NCBI RefSeq assembly: GCF_009914755.1
Contig: NC_060931.1
Direction: 5' to 3' (one strand)
Length of the DNA stretch: 64,000 nt
From: the human T2T-CHM13v2.0 reference genome, Homo sapiens
Under the pieces are notes generated by a model, which did no database searches, was not told where the DNA came from, and saw only the letters and a program-made list of their open reading frames with translations. The first letter of the stretch is position 1; each line of letters starts with the position of its first letter. Position numbers and translations under genes: made by a program. Positions 12,661 to 29,088 of this stretch are shown here, in pieces.

Positions 12661-15600
12661 CAAATGCTTTGGATTTAAGTGCAGCATTCTACCCGCCTAT
12701 CAGAGCCATTACTCCCAAACACCTCTGCCTTCCTTATTTAATCAATATTCACAAACAACCAAAAAGTGTACATACATAGAAAACAGGAGTAAAGGACTTG
12801 CTGGCCATGTCTTCGCAAAGAAAAGCAGAGAAAAGTAAAGCCACTCTGGGAATATCCTAAGTTTAATGGGCTTGGGTTCTTTCTTTTCTCTCCCACAATG
12901 CCATCTCAACAGTCTGCACATCTGGCCTGCAGAGCATCCCAGAATGTTTATTTCCGGAACCTAAGAGGCTTTCCTGAGTATTGCTGGGGAAGAGTCCACA
13001 TTTTATTGATGTTAGAATACATTCTGAGAGTATATTGTGCCCAATCAGAGATGATACACTTCAGTTTCAATATGCTCTTAGAAGTTCTGTGAATATTTGT
13101 GGTAGACAGAAAATAGTAAACATGAGCTGAAATGCTTTCAAAGCTCGCAAATATGAAATCATCTTATGTTACTTAGGAAAGAGCAAGGAGAAGGTCCAAG
13201 CACTGATCTCTCCACTCAGACACTGTCATGGTTTTTGCAGTCAGTCATGAGGGAGAACTCAGGATCAAGCATGGGCACTGCACAATTGAAGCATCCCTCT
13301 GGACCTCTGGATATGAATTTGAAAAAAAACTGGGATTTTTTTTTCAGTAAATACTACTGTGTTTATTTATTGGTTGATGTGCCAAGAATTAGGATGTTGA
13401 ACTACTCTTTCAAAATCTCACAAATAAATTGAAAATAGAAAAGACACGTATATATGAAAAAAGACAGTATCTGAGCAAATTCTGCAAGCAAAATGTCTAG
13501 TGATCAGAGCCACTTGTCTGAACGTTGTGGTGGGGGCAGCAGAGTTCCTCTTGAGTGGTAAGTTAGACATAGATGAGAGGAGGAGGAAAAGCAGATGGAA
13601 AGAAGGACACGAGTGAAGAGATCACATTTGTTCTCCAGCAACCATTTGCTGCTTTTACTGTGTCCTTTCATTGGACAAAGTAAATAAGTACATTTTTTTC
13701 ATGTATTCACCTTAACTTTGGGTGTTACTATACCCGATTTATTGAAGAAGAAAGGGAGACTCAGGGAAATTAAAAATATGTCTGAGATGACACTGATGAC
13801 CGTGAGAGAGATGAAATTCAGGCCCCCAAATCTATGCTCTTATCTAATACATGCAATGGAAAGCCTATTCAGTGCAGTCATTTTGACAATAACGGCATAT
13901 TGGGGCCCTGATTACCAAACTGAGCAGTTTAAGCTCATTTGTCATTGGGTAGTTTGAGATAGTGTGTCATTAGCGTTGACAGACATTAAGGTTTCACAAT
14001 CTTGATTACCTATTGGCCAAAGTAGTGACATCAGGAGGAGAAACCGAGGATGACGGATAGTGGATAATATTTAAACACATTCAATTAAAATCAAGTCGAT
14101 GTGCAAAGAAATGCATTTCTGGCCATTTCTGATTGGAGATAAGGGCTAGAAAAGGCGAACAGGAAGAAAAGGAGATTTCAGTCTTTGGTTCAGTGATAAT
14201 GGGTATAACTGTGACAATGAAAACATTCACTGATGAACCGTGTTTGCAGAGGGAGAATGGAGTGCTGAGGCCAGTCTCTGAGGAGTACCCATGTTTCTCA
14301 GGTGGAAGGAGGTAGAGGAGCTGGCAGCTTGACATGGGGGGGATGGAGGGGAAAGGGGGAAATCCAAGAATGTGATGGCACTAGGCCAGGTGAGAAGAGT
14401 GTTTCATAAAGCAAGAGAGATAAAACTGTTAATAACAGAGTATTATTCTAGAAATATTTTATATAGCACACTTAATATATGATTTTTATAGCTTTTATTA
14501 CTCAGGTTAAGAATAGACATAAGAATTTTAGACTTTTTTCAGGTGATCATTAAAAGTTGCTCCTAAGTTAAGCCACCAAAATAACCACAGTCTTACTACC
14601 TTTTCACACTTATTGTCTGTCTCTCCTCCACTAAAAGATTAATATACTCTTGGGTAATGCATTCATAACACAGTTTGACCGCATAGCTCTACAAATTGTG
14701 CCACCTCCATTGTTTTCACCAGAAACAAAACATGAAATTATTCTATTGAATCAACTAGCTGAAATGATGAAGTATCCAAAGAACCTGCTTTTCCTTGTAG
14801 TTAAATGATTACGGTGGAATTAATGAGAGTTCTCCTGTTTAAAAACTTAGTTTTAATCCTAGGGGCCTGAACAATTGTTTTGTGTTGAGAATCACGGCCT
14901 CTCATATTTAGTTCTCTGGTTGGTTCAATAGAGCCCAAGTTGCTTTTGTTTAGTAATATTACATGTTTCAGATCCCCTGTGCAAATCAAGTCTTTGCCCT
15001 TTTAAGTCGTTGGTAATAAAGAGGTAATTACAACATAGAAAACTTTTTGCAATAAATACTTGAGTTAATCAGTAATAAGCCACAATTAATGTAAAGGCCT
15101 AATTATAAAGAATAGCCAATGCACTTCAAGGAAAATTTATAATTGTCAGAAACACAAAGTCAGAAGGGCGCTTATGTATCATTTTGCAAATTATCATTTC
15201 CAAGGAGTTGCCCCTTATCGTGATACCTAAACTATTTATTTACTATTTTTGGAAGGTTTTCTTCATGTTGGCATGTAACTGTTTATACTTCATCATAAAG
15301 CTAACCAATATGATGGTAACCAGTTTGGTGTTAAATGTGAGTAAATAGTTTCCTTTAGGACTATATTTTGTGAGAGCCAGGACACAAGTCCACTTAAGCA
15401 ATCTTCCTAGAGAAGAAAAAATGTCGTATCATTCTAGAATTAACAAGCAGTTACATAAGTCTTACAATGTTAGGCACTTTTCTATGAGTTTTGCAAGTAT
15501 TAGTATTTAAATGTTGAGATGTGTCTCCCAAATCTACAGCCACCTGATAAAAACAACCCATTGATGTAAATTCATTGTTTCAAAGAAGATTTCACAGGGA

Positions 15601-15809
15601 TTAAAGGGAAGAAGAAAAGAGCACTTGAAAGGGAGGTGGGAGGCAGGGGAGAAGCAAAAGACCAGGATGAAATTCCACCTCCTATACAATTTCATGGAAG
15701 TCCTAGACCTGGAATAACAATGTATACTATTATTTATCTTGTTGATAAGCAAATCAAAACCTGACTGTCTTTTATTTTTGTTTTGGTATGCTTAAGTTGT
15801 TGACTACTA

Positions 15810-16915
<1,106 letters not shown>

Positions 16916-16916
<1 letters not shown>

Positions 16917-18246
16917 CAGAAATAATGCCGCATATCTACAACTATCTGATCTTTGACAAACCTGACAAAAACAAGCAATGGGGAAAGGATTCCCTATTTA
17001 ATAAATGGTGCTGGGAAAACTGGCTAGCCATATGTAGAAAGCTGAAACTGGATCCCTTCCTTACACCTTATACAAAAATCAATTCAAGATGGATTAAAGA
17101 CTTACATGTTAGACCTAAAACCATAAAAACCGTAGAAGAAAACCTAGGCAATACCATTCAGGACATAGGCATGGGCAAGGACTTCATGTCTAAAACACCA
17201 AAGCAATGGCAACAAAAGCCAAAATTGACAAATGGGATCTAATTAGACTAAAGAGCTTCTGCACAGCAAACGAAACCACCATCAGAGTGAACAGGCAACC
17301 TACAGAATGGGAGAAAATTTTTGCAACCTGCTTATCTGACAAAGGGCTAATATCCAGAATCTACACTGAACTCAACAAATTTACAAGAAAAAAACAACCC
17401 CATCAAAAAGTGGGTGAAGGATATGAACAGACACTTCTCAAAAGAAGACATTTATGCAGCCAAAACACACATGAAAAAATGCTCATCATCACTGGCCATC
17501 AGAGAAATGCAAATCAAAACCGCAATGAGATACCATCTCACACCAGTTAGAATGGCAATCATTAAAAAGTCAGGAAACAACAGGTGCTGGAGAGGATGTG
17601 GAGAAATAGGAACACTTTTACACTGTTGGTGGGACTGTTAACTAGTTCAATCATTGTGGAAGTCAGTGTGGCAATTCCTTAGGGATCTAGAACTAGAAAT
17701 ACCATTTGACCCAGCCATCCCATTACTGGGTATATACCCAAAGGACTATAAATCATGCTGCTATAAAGACACATGTACACGTATGTTTATTGCGGCACTA
17801 TTCACAATAGCAAAGACTTGGAACCAACCCAAATGTCCAACAATGATAGACTGGATTAAGAAAATGTGGCACATATGCACTATGGAATACTATGCAGCCA
17901 TAACAAAGGATGAGTTCATGTCCTTTGTAGGGACATGGATGAAGCTGGAAACCATCATTCTCAGCAAACTCTCACAAGGACAAAAAACCAAACACCGCAT
18001 GTTCTCACTCATAGGTTGGAACTGCATAATGAGAACACATGGACACAGGAAGGGGAACATCACACACTGGGGCCTGTTGTGGGGTGGGGGGAGGGGGGAA
18101 GGATAGCATTAGGAGATATACCTAATGCTAAATGACAAGTTAATGGGTGCAGCACACCAACATGGCACATGTATATATATGTAACAAACCTGCACGTTGT
18201 GCACATGTACCCTACAACTTAAACTATAATAATAATAATTAAAAAA
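16916..18246 (+). mobile_element. L1PA (about PA4) 3' segment: ORF2 C-terminus, 3'UTR and A-rich tail
   Basis: [36 protein letters not shown]..; [18 protein letters not shown]; G-rich 3'UTR; tail aataataataattaaaaaa. Confidence 0.96.
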
Positions 18247-18499
18247 CATTAATTATTATAAATTGCTTTTATAACAAGACACTGTGCTAAATTATCCTAT
18301 TTTTAAATTCTATATGTTTTCTATATAATTAAACCTATTATTTATAATGTAATGATAGTCTAATTTCTTTTTCCCAAAAAAATAAAAAATGTTGTGAGAG
18401 GATCAACTCAAATAACACAGCTAGAAGGAAGCCTTCAAGATTTTGTAGTCAGATGACCTTCAAACCTCAATGCAGGTAGAAGGACCTCAGTGGAAAAAC

Positions 18500-18640
18500 T
18501 CAAACCTCAGTAGAGGAACTTACTTTAAATGCAGAGATTTGGATTCAAACTTGGTCTGGGATGAGGCTCACAAATCTGCATTTTAACAAACACCCAGGAG
18601 ATTCTGATTAACCAAAGGTTAAACTCCACTTTAAGAAATA
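18500..18640. mobile_element. MER5-like hAT MITE remnant
   Basis: ggtctgggatgaggc..aatctgcattttaacaaacacccaggagattctgat. Confidence 0.6.
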
Positions 18641-21239
18641 TGAGTTAGTCTGACACTTATATTTGACCCTTAGAGAAACAAAGCAAAGTCCAGAGATGGG
18701 AATTGGCAGGTCCAATTATGCAGTAGGCTATAGAACCTGAGTTAGATTTAGTTACTAATATCATTTGAAATTATTGATTAATTTTATCCAAATTCAGAAT
18801 CAGTGGTGCCACCCTGGCTCTGTTGCTGATGCTTCCCAAGGTAGACTAGATAATTTTCCTAAGCAGTTAACATTTTTATGGTAATAAAAATCGACAAATG
18901 TCTAGAGAGGGTTTAAGCAGCTGGCAGAGAACGCCTGGGTGTCTCCTAAGAGAAGTAATGTCTCTTCAATGAATTTGAAGTTGGAAATTATTAGGATGAG
19001 TTACACAACTCTTTTGACACATGGTGATAATGATAAAAGCTTTATTCCTTTAATAGTCACTATGAATTTCTTTTGTCACCTATTATTAATTAGGTAATTT
19101 TGAACACCCAGTTGCTATTATTTTCTGAAGCTATAATACTTGTGATTGGGATAAGTGAAATGCTGATGGTCCCACTTTAATAAAGTGCTACTTTTTTTAT
19201 CTTATACATCTATCCGTTAATATCCAGATTCTGAAATTTTAACTATTTTTGAAAAATCTAAACTCACACTCTAAGGTTAGAGCAATAGACTCAACAGCTG
19301 CGTATCCCTAGTGTATTCCAGCTTGACTCCCAGTCTAATGCATCTGCGAGCTTCTTTGGTTTGAAAAGTAGTTGCCTAATCTCATTATAGACCCTTGTTG
19401 AAAGATGTCCATGACCTCTCAGTTTGAACGATTCTAGAATGGCTAGCATAGTGCTTTTTTATTTATTCTGGTACATACCCAGCTATTCCCCAAAGTCCTG
19501 GCAACTCCTCTTTATCTTTGATCTCCCCACCCTGAATCTGTCCTCTGCTTACCTCACTCTCTCATCATTCAATTCCACAATCTTGTCATCTTCTTTCAGA
19601 TACCTTAAGTGTCTTGAAGTGTTTGACCTAAAATGTCACCGCCTTACCCGAAATACTCTATCTTTACCATTATGAAGGTTTTATAGCATTTTATATAAGT
19701 TGGATATTGGGCTTCAATCACAAGTAGACCATGGCTTAAGATGAAAGACCTCTGGCATAATAAAGGAAAGACTCCCTTTTCATGTCCCACACCTCCAACT
19801 TGGAAAGGTAGGAAAATCATGCAAGATAAAAACAATGATCCAATACGCTATGGAATATGTAATGTTATTCCCCAAAGAATGATAGTTATATGGAAATCTT
19901 TCATGGAAATTGGAGGCAGTCTTTATTTTCTTTTAATGATTTTTTTAATGGCAGGTGGGAATAGACTTAAAACAGAACAAAACCACTGTGATAAGTATTT
20001 GAAAAGAAGCCTTTATTTTATCCATATTGACAGGTTGAATCATGGCATTTGTAAAGATGGTGTAGGATCTTGGCCATGTTTGTACTGCGGATTTTCTGCC
20101 CTGATGTTGGAGAATTGCCTGTTTTAAAAAAAAGGAAGGAAAAAAAAAAAACTATCCTAACTATCCTATTGGGCTTATTAGATGCTTATGAATTTTGCTA
20201 AATGTTATCCTTTCTTTTGCAAATATTCTTTAAGTATTTCTATTAAATGGTGATTTATTTTAAAAATCATCAATAACAAATGTATAATAGAAGCTTATAT
20301 ACTATGGAATTCTTAATCTTTAACAAACACATTTAGAGGCATTTCATATTTAGTTAACATACAATTGCTGTCTAATTTAATCTAAATTAAATGGTTGCTT
20401 GTAACTTACAATTCGGAGGGTTCCTGAACCTCGACTTATGGCAGGAAAAATAAGAAGTCATCAGTTTTGCCCAGAGGGTAGATACTTATCTTTTAAAATC
20501 AGGTATTTTGGTCTTGAAATTAAAAACCCTGGTCATTTGGGAAATGCAATTCCAAGGAATGTTTTTGGCAATGAGACATGTCCCCATTTTCCTTAGAAGG
20601 CAGCGGTTTTGTTTTTCTACCATTTAACAAATCTGTGTAATTTAGCTGATACTTATCTAGCACTTTAAAGATGAATGATCATCTGTTTGTGAAGAATATA
20701 CACATTGAGATTCAATAGTAATATTTTCGTTGTTGTTTGTTTGTTTTTTTAAAGACCAGATAACTTATTGTGTGTCAGGTACTATGCTAGTTGAAAATAT
20801 CAGTTTATAAAAAGCAACTAGGCATTCAGAAACCGTGAGGATGATTATGGCAAATCAGTGCATAAGCTTTTTGGCAATGGTCAATTATAAGTGTTGCCAT
20901 GGCCATCATAACCTGAGTTGAATTTTGGGAGTACTGCCATGAATTAATGCTGTGCTCAAAGTTAAAATGCAAGCTTAGATGCAAGGGTTAGTTTGAAAAG
21001 GAATTAGTTTTTTGAAGGGGTGATATATTTCCTTTTCAAACTGAAAAAATAGCAAAAAAATCGAAGTGGATCAGTTTTAACTACTGTAAGTTGTAGCTTG
21101 AGTAAGAAGAATGGGTTACAGTCATTAACGTTTGAGGATTATTTTTCAGGCACAACTGGCACTGTGATTGTAGTACTAATGCATTAAATTTGCACTTCAA
21201 TATTACTTGGATTTAGCCACAGAAGAGTGGCTTGGATGA

Positions 21240-21410
21240 CAGGCACTAAAGTCAACTGACCCAACCTCTTATCCCAACTTTGTCATTGATTGACCTTTGT
21301 TGCTTGGGCAAGTTAATGTTCTTATAACTTGGGAAGTTGTGTGGTGAATAAATGAGATAATGCATTTCAGCACTTAGCATGGTGCCTGGTTATATTAGGT
21401 CTCACTAACA
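21240..21410 (+). mobile_element. MIR remnant
   Basis: cttgggcaagttaat..aaatgagataatgcat..agcacttagcatggtgcctgg. Confidence 0.65.
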
Positions 21411-22057
21411 TTAGTTTATACACCATATAAGGGTAATGAACACCTTTGCTTGGCTCATAACTATGCCTTCATTGCCAGCACAGTTCCTTGGTCACATAGT
21501 AGCTTCTTAGTAGGTATCTCTTAATTGAATGGATCTACCACAATTATTTTTTGAGTCCTCTTGAATACATGGTGTTTTAGTTTTACCCTGTGTAAAACTA
21601 AATCAATGAAATTTTGTATAAGTTAAATTTTTTTAGTTAAATACATCTTTTTTTTTTCCATACACCTATGTAAGCAAGAGTTTGTGGCCAGAAAGACTTG
21701 AGCCTTTTTCATTTGGTGTGTTATATTTATTTGGACTTGAACTTCTTCCCCACACATCTCTCACTCCTCACCCTCACCCCCATCTTTGAACATGATTTTC
21801 TACTTATATTGGCCACAATGTCTTTTTTAAAAACATTGTTCAAAAAGGATACTAGATATTCTATAGCAGATATATCATAAGAGCATAACATTTTTCATGT
21901 TTTACTTGCTCTTCTTTACTTTTGCTCTCTGGTATCACTATGGGCCTTAGTTTCCTCGTCCACTTCTTAAAACGATAGAATTGGAGTATATAAACTTGCA
22001 ATTATATCTAGATCTGTAATTGTTAAATGAAAAGCTTTCATTAAAAGTATAAATACT

Positions 22058-22345
22058 GGCCAAGCATGGTGGCTCACACCTGTAATCCCAGAACTCTGGG
22101 AGGCCGAGGCAGGAGGATTGCTTCAGGCCAGGAGTTCTAGACCAGCCTGGGCAACATAGTAAGACCCTGTCCTTATAAAAAAAATTGAAAAATTAGTAGG
22201 GTGTGGTAGTGGGATGTAATCCAAGCTAGTCAGTAGACTGAGGTGGGAGGATTGTTTGGGCCCTGTAATTTTAGGTTAAGTGAGCTATGATGATGCCACT
22301 ACACTCCAGCCTGGATGACAGAGTGAGACTTCATCTCCAAAAAAA
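22058..22345 (+). mobile_element. AluJ-like SINE
   Basis: ggaggattgcttcaggccaggagtt (J-type); TSD gtataaatactg at 22047-22058 and 22347-22358. Confidence 0.9.
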
Positions 22346-22606
22346 TGTATAAATACTGAGCATCTGCCATATGCCAGACTCTGTTTGATAAACTGTGTAT
22401 CCATTTTGCAGTTGGCCTTTAATGATTAAATATTCATTTCAAACCTGTGATGTAGAATAAGTAGTATTTAATTTTATTTATAGGTAATATAACTGAGGTT
22501 CAAATAGAGTTTATAATAACTCATATCTAATAGAAGTATCAGAATTATGTATAAAACTGTGGCACAGAGTAGGTATTTTGTAAATAATAGTTGATTTGTA
22601 GTTGGA

Positions 22607-22657
22607 TCATAGATGGATGGAGGGATGGGTGAATGGATGGATGGATGGATTGATGGA
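22607..22657. repeat. (GGAT)n microsatellite, degenerate
   Basis: agatggatggagggatgggtgaatggatggatggatggattgatggat. Confidence 0.85.
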
Positions 22658-25642
22658 TAACTAAAGTTCCAGTCAATCATTCTTGCCATTTATTTTCTCA
22701 GGAATTTCTGAGGATCAATTTTGTCTTACAAAAAATAATGGCATTGAAGTATTCTGTTGTTTCAGACTTTTTTTAGGATACAATTTATTCATTTGCTTTC
22801 AAAAGGTGCTGAGAATATAAACTTACCTCCTGGAGCATCACTGACTAGAAGAGTAAAAGGATTTTTACTGTGATTGAAAATGCTTTCTTTAAAACATATG
22901 CAGTATTTATAGGGCTGCTTGGAATAAGCCAATTGAAAGATTTAATGGTAATAATCTCCATATTTCTTATAAAATTGATTTCCGGATTCAGTGAACTTGG
23001 AAAGAGTCCTGGGACATCAAATAAGTAAAATCTTAACATGAAATGAATCTTCAGAATATGTTCATAAATTTACATTTTAAACATAACCAGATAATATATA
23101 TCTTTACCCATTATTAAGGTGATACTTTAATGAAAATTTTTCATTTGCATGAAATAAACCTTTTTGGCTACAGATGAAAGGACTTTATGGTAGCGACAAT
23201 GGTTCTGTGAGTTAAATGATCCCAACATCATCAGGAATGAATCACAAGTGCCTACCATATGAATTACAGCACCATGAGTCTTAAAAAGGTATTTCTGTGG
23301 AAAGCATTCCTCCCATCTGCAACAATCAGATTCTGCTTTGAAGTCCTGCTGGAGAGCCTCACAATACATGAGACTGCCACATGCTACCCGAATTTCTCTC
23401 TCTACTTGAGCCTGACTGCATTTTCCTAAAGAATAACATGGTAACTTAATGACCAGGGGGTTTAGAGAGGGAGGAAAATGGCTACAGTTTTTATAATTAG
23501 ACTTCCCTGGATGTGCATTCTTCAGTAATACTTTTTGGATATAACTACAGAAGGTAGTCCAATGGATGAGAAAAATTTAATTTCAAATGAAAATAGGGCA
23601 ACAATGTGTGACTCCTTTGGTCCCTACTATATTAAATGTGTGGTGAAGTCTTCATAAACATTTCAGGCCCAAATGTAATTGACATGTTAATAAATGAGTA
23701 AATTGGTAGTGAGACTTTTTAGCCATAGAAGAGTTACAAATTAATACAAATCATCATGAGATAGGTGTCAGTGAGTATTTCAAAAGCTTTCACTCCTGCT
23801 TATCTTGATGCCAGTGCCTCTGCTGCTGAATGGCAGAGTGAGGATGGAGGTTGCCAGAATCATTTTTGTTGTTTCTTTTTTTAACTAGAGGCTTTCCTCA
23901 ATAGAAAGAAAATAATAGTTGGGGGGAGACTTGTCATGAATGGGAGACTGGCATCAGCAACGTCAACAAATGTTTAAGTAGAAGTAAAATGACTTATCCA
24001 ATAGATCACAATGTGTCACCATTTCTTTATTAACCAAACGAATCATGATCGAGGTATCTTTCTCTGAGAATTGGCTGCTGATTCTAGAGTCTGTTCTATT
24101 TTACTACAGGGAGGCAGGATAGCAATAGTAACTAAATTGTAGGTTGGAGAGAATTCCCTGTTCAACCTACTACAGCATTAACTCAGTTTTGGCCTCCATA
24201 GAGACTTCCAATTCCATTTGCAATTTTGTAATAGAAACAGATTTTGTGGGAGAATCTCTCATTTCTCTGAGCTTCTATCAAAACATTAGGTTATTCAAAA
24301 TAGGCATTGCTAAATATACATGGGTTCTAAAAGAAAAAAGTTTATACAGTTCTGACTGTACTTTGTTCTCATTTTGGCTTTATGTGCTTTAGGTTCTAGC
24401 CCATGCTCTGGTGAAACAGATAAGTTAGCAATAAAAAGAGCAAGGCTTCTTCCAACCCTAATAATACATAATAACACTAGAATAAGATAAACACTAACAT
24501 ACATTGGTCACTTTGATTATACACTAGGCTATTATTTGCTATCTTGTATATTAAACTAAAAACCTAAAGCACACTTAAATATCTAAAAACAGAATTGCTT
24601 GGTGCATGGGTACATTTTAAATGATATTGTAGAGAACATGAAAAATGTATCCACTATTTGATATTTGTAAATGTATTTTTAAAAAACCAGAATGATTTTG
24701 TTTTATTTAGAAAATACAACAAGAAGCATGAAATACACAAAGGTAGAATTGGCTATTTCTGGTCGATGGAACTATGTATTTATTATTATTTATAATTATT
24801 TGATGATGATCATTTATTTTATTTATCAAATAAAAGATAACACTTTATATGATATATCACAACATAGAGCCTGTTTATTATTATACTATTTATTTATTAT
24901 TTTCTATCATTTTCCAAATTTCTTACAACGAGAATGCAATAATTTTGGTTTTTTAATATAGTTTTTTTTAATGAAAATTAAAATAAAGCTAGTTAAGGTT
25001 GTTTCCTTTCACTACCACTATTCTCTGGGAACTATTTGGAAATGTTAGAGAGAAGCATTTGAGACATGTCACCTTGAAGGATGAATCCTTTTGTGTCATC
25101 TGACTTGGTTATTAAATACGTATATAAGGCTTAATCTTTGAGCCTTCTTAGAGCAACTTTTCATTTCAAACAACTTCTAAACTAGAGAAAATACTGACAC
25201 AATATGATTTCTTAGCAGAAACCAACCCCTATAAAGTATCAGGAAACCAAATTGAAATTGATAATTTGAAACCATTACCATATTGATAGCTTATTTAATT
25301 CTATTTTTATAATCAAAAATATTAAATTTGTTTCTACTAAATTAATGGAACCAAACAGAGGATTTCATTCTGAAAAGGCCCTTCTAATTCTCTTTCTCAG
25401 TGGTTTCAAGGTCATGGTAATTACCAGTTCAGCTCCACTTGGTCATCAAAAGAAATGATTTGTTACAATGTAGAATCCTTCTCATGCTTATAATTTAATG
25501 CTGATAGACAATTTTTAAAACAACCAGGCTACATGTAGGATTCTTTAGTAGTAGATGTGGTGTTTGATTAATGCCTCATTCTAAAATATTTCCTAAAATA
25601 AAAGCTTAAGTTACCAAATCTCTTTTAAAAAGTATCTGACAC

Positions 25643-26042
<400 letters not shown>

Positions 26043-26438
26043 TTAGTCAGTGCATCCCAATATGAACCTGTACATGTGGCTGCTCCGAGGCATCCAAGCT
26101 CCTCCCTCAGCTCTGCACTCAATTAGGAAACTGATGCCCTATGTGGTTGTTGAGAACCCCGTTCCATCTCTATGTCCAGTGATTGCTTGAGCCTACAAGG
26201 TACCATGGTATAGGAACACGTTTTCCACTTAATCACTTAGCCCATCAGCCCTCACACTCAAAACACTCAACCCCGCTTGAGGAAGGTCTGTGCTAAAATT
26301 TTTCAACTCTGAAGGTGTTATTAAGTTTACTGTCAAATGTAGGATGAGCTTTTGTGTCTTTAATGAAGCTAGAAGTAAATATGATTACATGAAACTTGCA
26401 ATCATGCCTACTAAAATTGTTATATATGCTCTAATCTA

Positions 26439-26480
26439 ACACACACATACACACAAACACACACACACACACGTACACAT
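26439..26480. repeat. (CA)n microsatellite, interrupted
   Basis: Direct reading. Confidence 0.9.
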
Positions 26481-27779
26481 GCCACTGAAACCTTTAATAT
26501 GTCCTGAAAAATAATACCTTCACCTGGGTAGCCACACTCGGCTGGCATTTTTAATGTTTCTAATATGTACAGTAACAGTGGACACAGCAGAATTCAGGTT
26601 AATAAAATTAAAAAAAAATACTGAATTGCTTATTTTGATTTGAAGAAAGGGCATGGGCCTTGTAGAACTTTCCTTACATCACTTGAATGTTTTGTGCATG
26701 CATAACTTAGAGTTCAGCTGCCTCAGTCTCTGACTGCAGAGATCACATGGGTAACATGTGAATGGAAATAAACCCTGTAGGTAAAAGAAAGAGGAATTTG
26801 GATAGAGATCAAAGATTAACTTCATTCCACTCTTTCCTTCCACTTTTTACTATCCCATCTAAATTTGGCATTTTATGGGACTTTTTTTCATTGCCAGAGG
26901 AAAGAGTGAACTTAAACCAGATTTGGATCGCTCTCTCTCTTTCTTTCTTTAATCCAGTGATTTGGTTTGTTCAATAGTGACTTTAGATAATTGAATTCTC
27001 AGTTACTAGAAATTATTAGTAAGATTTCTGGCTTGATTTATTATATCTTTTAAAATTATAACTGTAGCCCTGGTTTAGGTTACAGAAAAAGCGGTCTAGA
27101 ATATTTAATAATATGATTAACAGAAATGTGTCCTTACCTATTAGGTTTTTTACATAAATTTTCTAGAATGGTACTAATTACTATGTGCTATTAATCTTGG
27201 CTTAGGGAAAGAACATTTCTAAGCATTAGGGATCAAAATTTTGTGTTACTTCTTTTCTGAATGTTTATCATTCTTTTTATTGTCATCCCGGTAATAAGGT
27301 AGTTTAGTGTGGACAGCCTCATTCCTAAGTGGCCTGGGTAAAAGATTCTTATCGGCATCATAATGAGGTCCATAGGAATTGAGAAAAACTAAAATGCTTG
27401 ATAACAGTTTTTAACTAATTTTTAAATCCTTTTTAAATGTATTTTTGTCAAGAATTTTAAAACGTGATAATTGTAAAGTGACTAATTTGACTTCCATCCA
27501 AATAGTAGTTAAGTGGTTAAAATCAACATTAAAGTGCTTCAAGATATTGAGGAGATTCACTCATCCTGTTCATGGTGAACATCAAGTGCTAGACCAGAAG
27601 GGAAAATCTAGGCAGTTGTTTACCAAGTGGATTATTTTAATGCATTACCGGGATTAATGTATTATTTTATTGTTCAAAATAGAAGCAACCTAATTTAGTT
27701 TCAGGCTCTCATTATCTGATGATTTTATAGGCTTTCATTAAATTCTAGTGAATACATCCTGAGAATTTATTTTCTTTTC

Positions 27780-28145
27780 AAACTAAAGACTATGACAATT
27801 AAAAGATCATTGGTTGCCAGGAGTTGAGGGGCAGAGAGGGAGGATGAATAGGTAAATCACAGGAAATTTTCAGGGCAGTCATTGATTCTCTCTGATAGTA
27901 TAATGGTGGATGCGTGACATTATGCATTTGTCAAAACCCACAGAATGTACAACACAAAGTGTGAACCTCAACTATACTTTAGTTAATAATAATGCATCGG
28001 TACTGGCTTATCAATCATAACAAATGTACCAAAATGATGCAAAATGTTAATATGGAAAGAAAGAGACTGGATATGGAACTTGCTGTACTTCCTGCTCAGT
28101 TTTTCTGTAAATACAAAACTGCTCTAAAAAATAAAATCTATGAAT
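27780..28145 (+). mobile_element. L1M (MC/MD-like) 3'UTR fragment
   Basis: aaaagatcattggttgccagg..tataatggtggatgcgtgacattatgcatttgtcaaaaccca..; ends ctctaaaaaataaaatct. Confidence 0.8.
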
Positions 28146-28343
28146 TATGAAAAATTCAATTGATTTAAAAATTAAAATTTTTTGCTGTAAGTTCACAAAG
28201 CATATAAAAAATGAAATGTTCTACTGAAACACGTGTTTTTATTTATTTTTATTTACCGTACCTTTTGGCAATTGCCCCTGAAATTGGACAGGTCGGATGC
28301 CATGATAATTTTTTCTAAATGTTGAATGAGAAACATTCAAATT

Positions 28344-28635
28344 TGGCAATATGAGACATTACATATTCTTAAACACTTTTATGTGAAAGTATCTCAAAAT
28401 GCTGAATTAAATATTAAAATCATCCTTTTAAATTTGTGGTTGACTTCCAAAAGATAGAAAAAGGAGAGTAAATCCTGAAGTTGTTGACTACCCTGGGGGC
28501 ATCTATACCAAAATCTCCAATCGGTCGGAGTTGGAACATTAATAATCTACTGCATATTGCAAAAGAGGGTCAGAGGCTTGGGCCTAAGAAGGGGAGGGAA
28601 TTTAACTGGAGACCAGAATAAAGAAAGAATGACAA
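28344..28635 (+). repeat. Copy A of a ~290-bp local direct duplication
   Basis: Aligns end to end with 34249-34854 once the Alu is removed. Confidence 0.93.
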
Positions 28636-28739
28636 ATGGCCAACACTTTGGAAGAGAATAAATAGGAGAAAAGAAAATACTCCTAAATAAAACATCATAT
28701 CTATCTTAGCTTTTGCCACCAATAAAGGGAATTTCCGAA

Positions 28740-28839
28740 AGAAAGTTTCAGAGAAAGAGAGAGAAAGAACGTAAGAGAGAAAGAGAAAAAGAAGAAAGAA
28801 AGATAGAAAGAAAGAAGGAAAGAAGGAAGGAAGGAAAAA

Positions 28840-28870
<31 letters not shown>

Positions 28871-28871
28871 G
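28740..28871. repeat. GA-rich (GAAA)n/(GGAA)n repeat
   Basis: Direct reading. Confidence 0.93.
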
Positions 28872-29088
28872 ATGTCCTGACTTTCTTCTCCATGAGAATT
28901 TGTAATAAAGTTTTAAGGTCCATATTTATAATATACATGTGCAAACAAAAACAGCAAACTCCACAACCAGTCTTGCCATATAAGAATTTAAAATAGGTCC
29001 TAGAAGGTAGTGTCCCAGATATCCAGCAAAAGCAAACAATATCACACTTGAGCCAGACTTGAATGACAGATACCATATTCAACCCCAG

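Noticed and set aside
18069-18102. G-quadruplex-like tract
   Set aside because: Generic feature of L1PA 3'UTRs, not specific to this locus.
19741-20127. 128-aa ORF (also 53950-54342, 130 aa)
   Set aside because: No recognisable homology or convincing splice context; such lengths are plausible by chance in 64 kb, and the second overlaps an L1 fragment.
28570-29082. 170-aa minus-strand ORF
   Set aside because: Kept open by the (TTTC)n repeat; low complexity, no recognisable protein.
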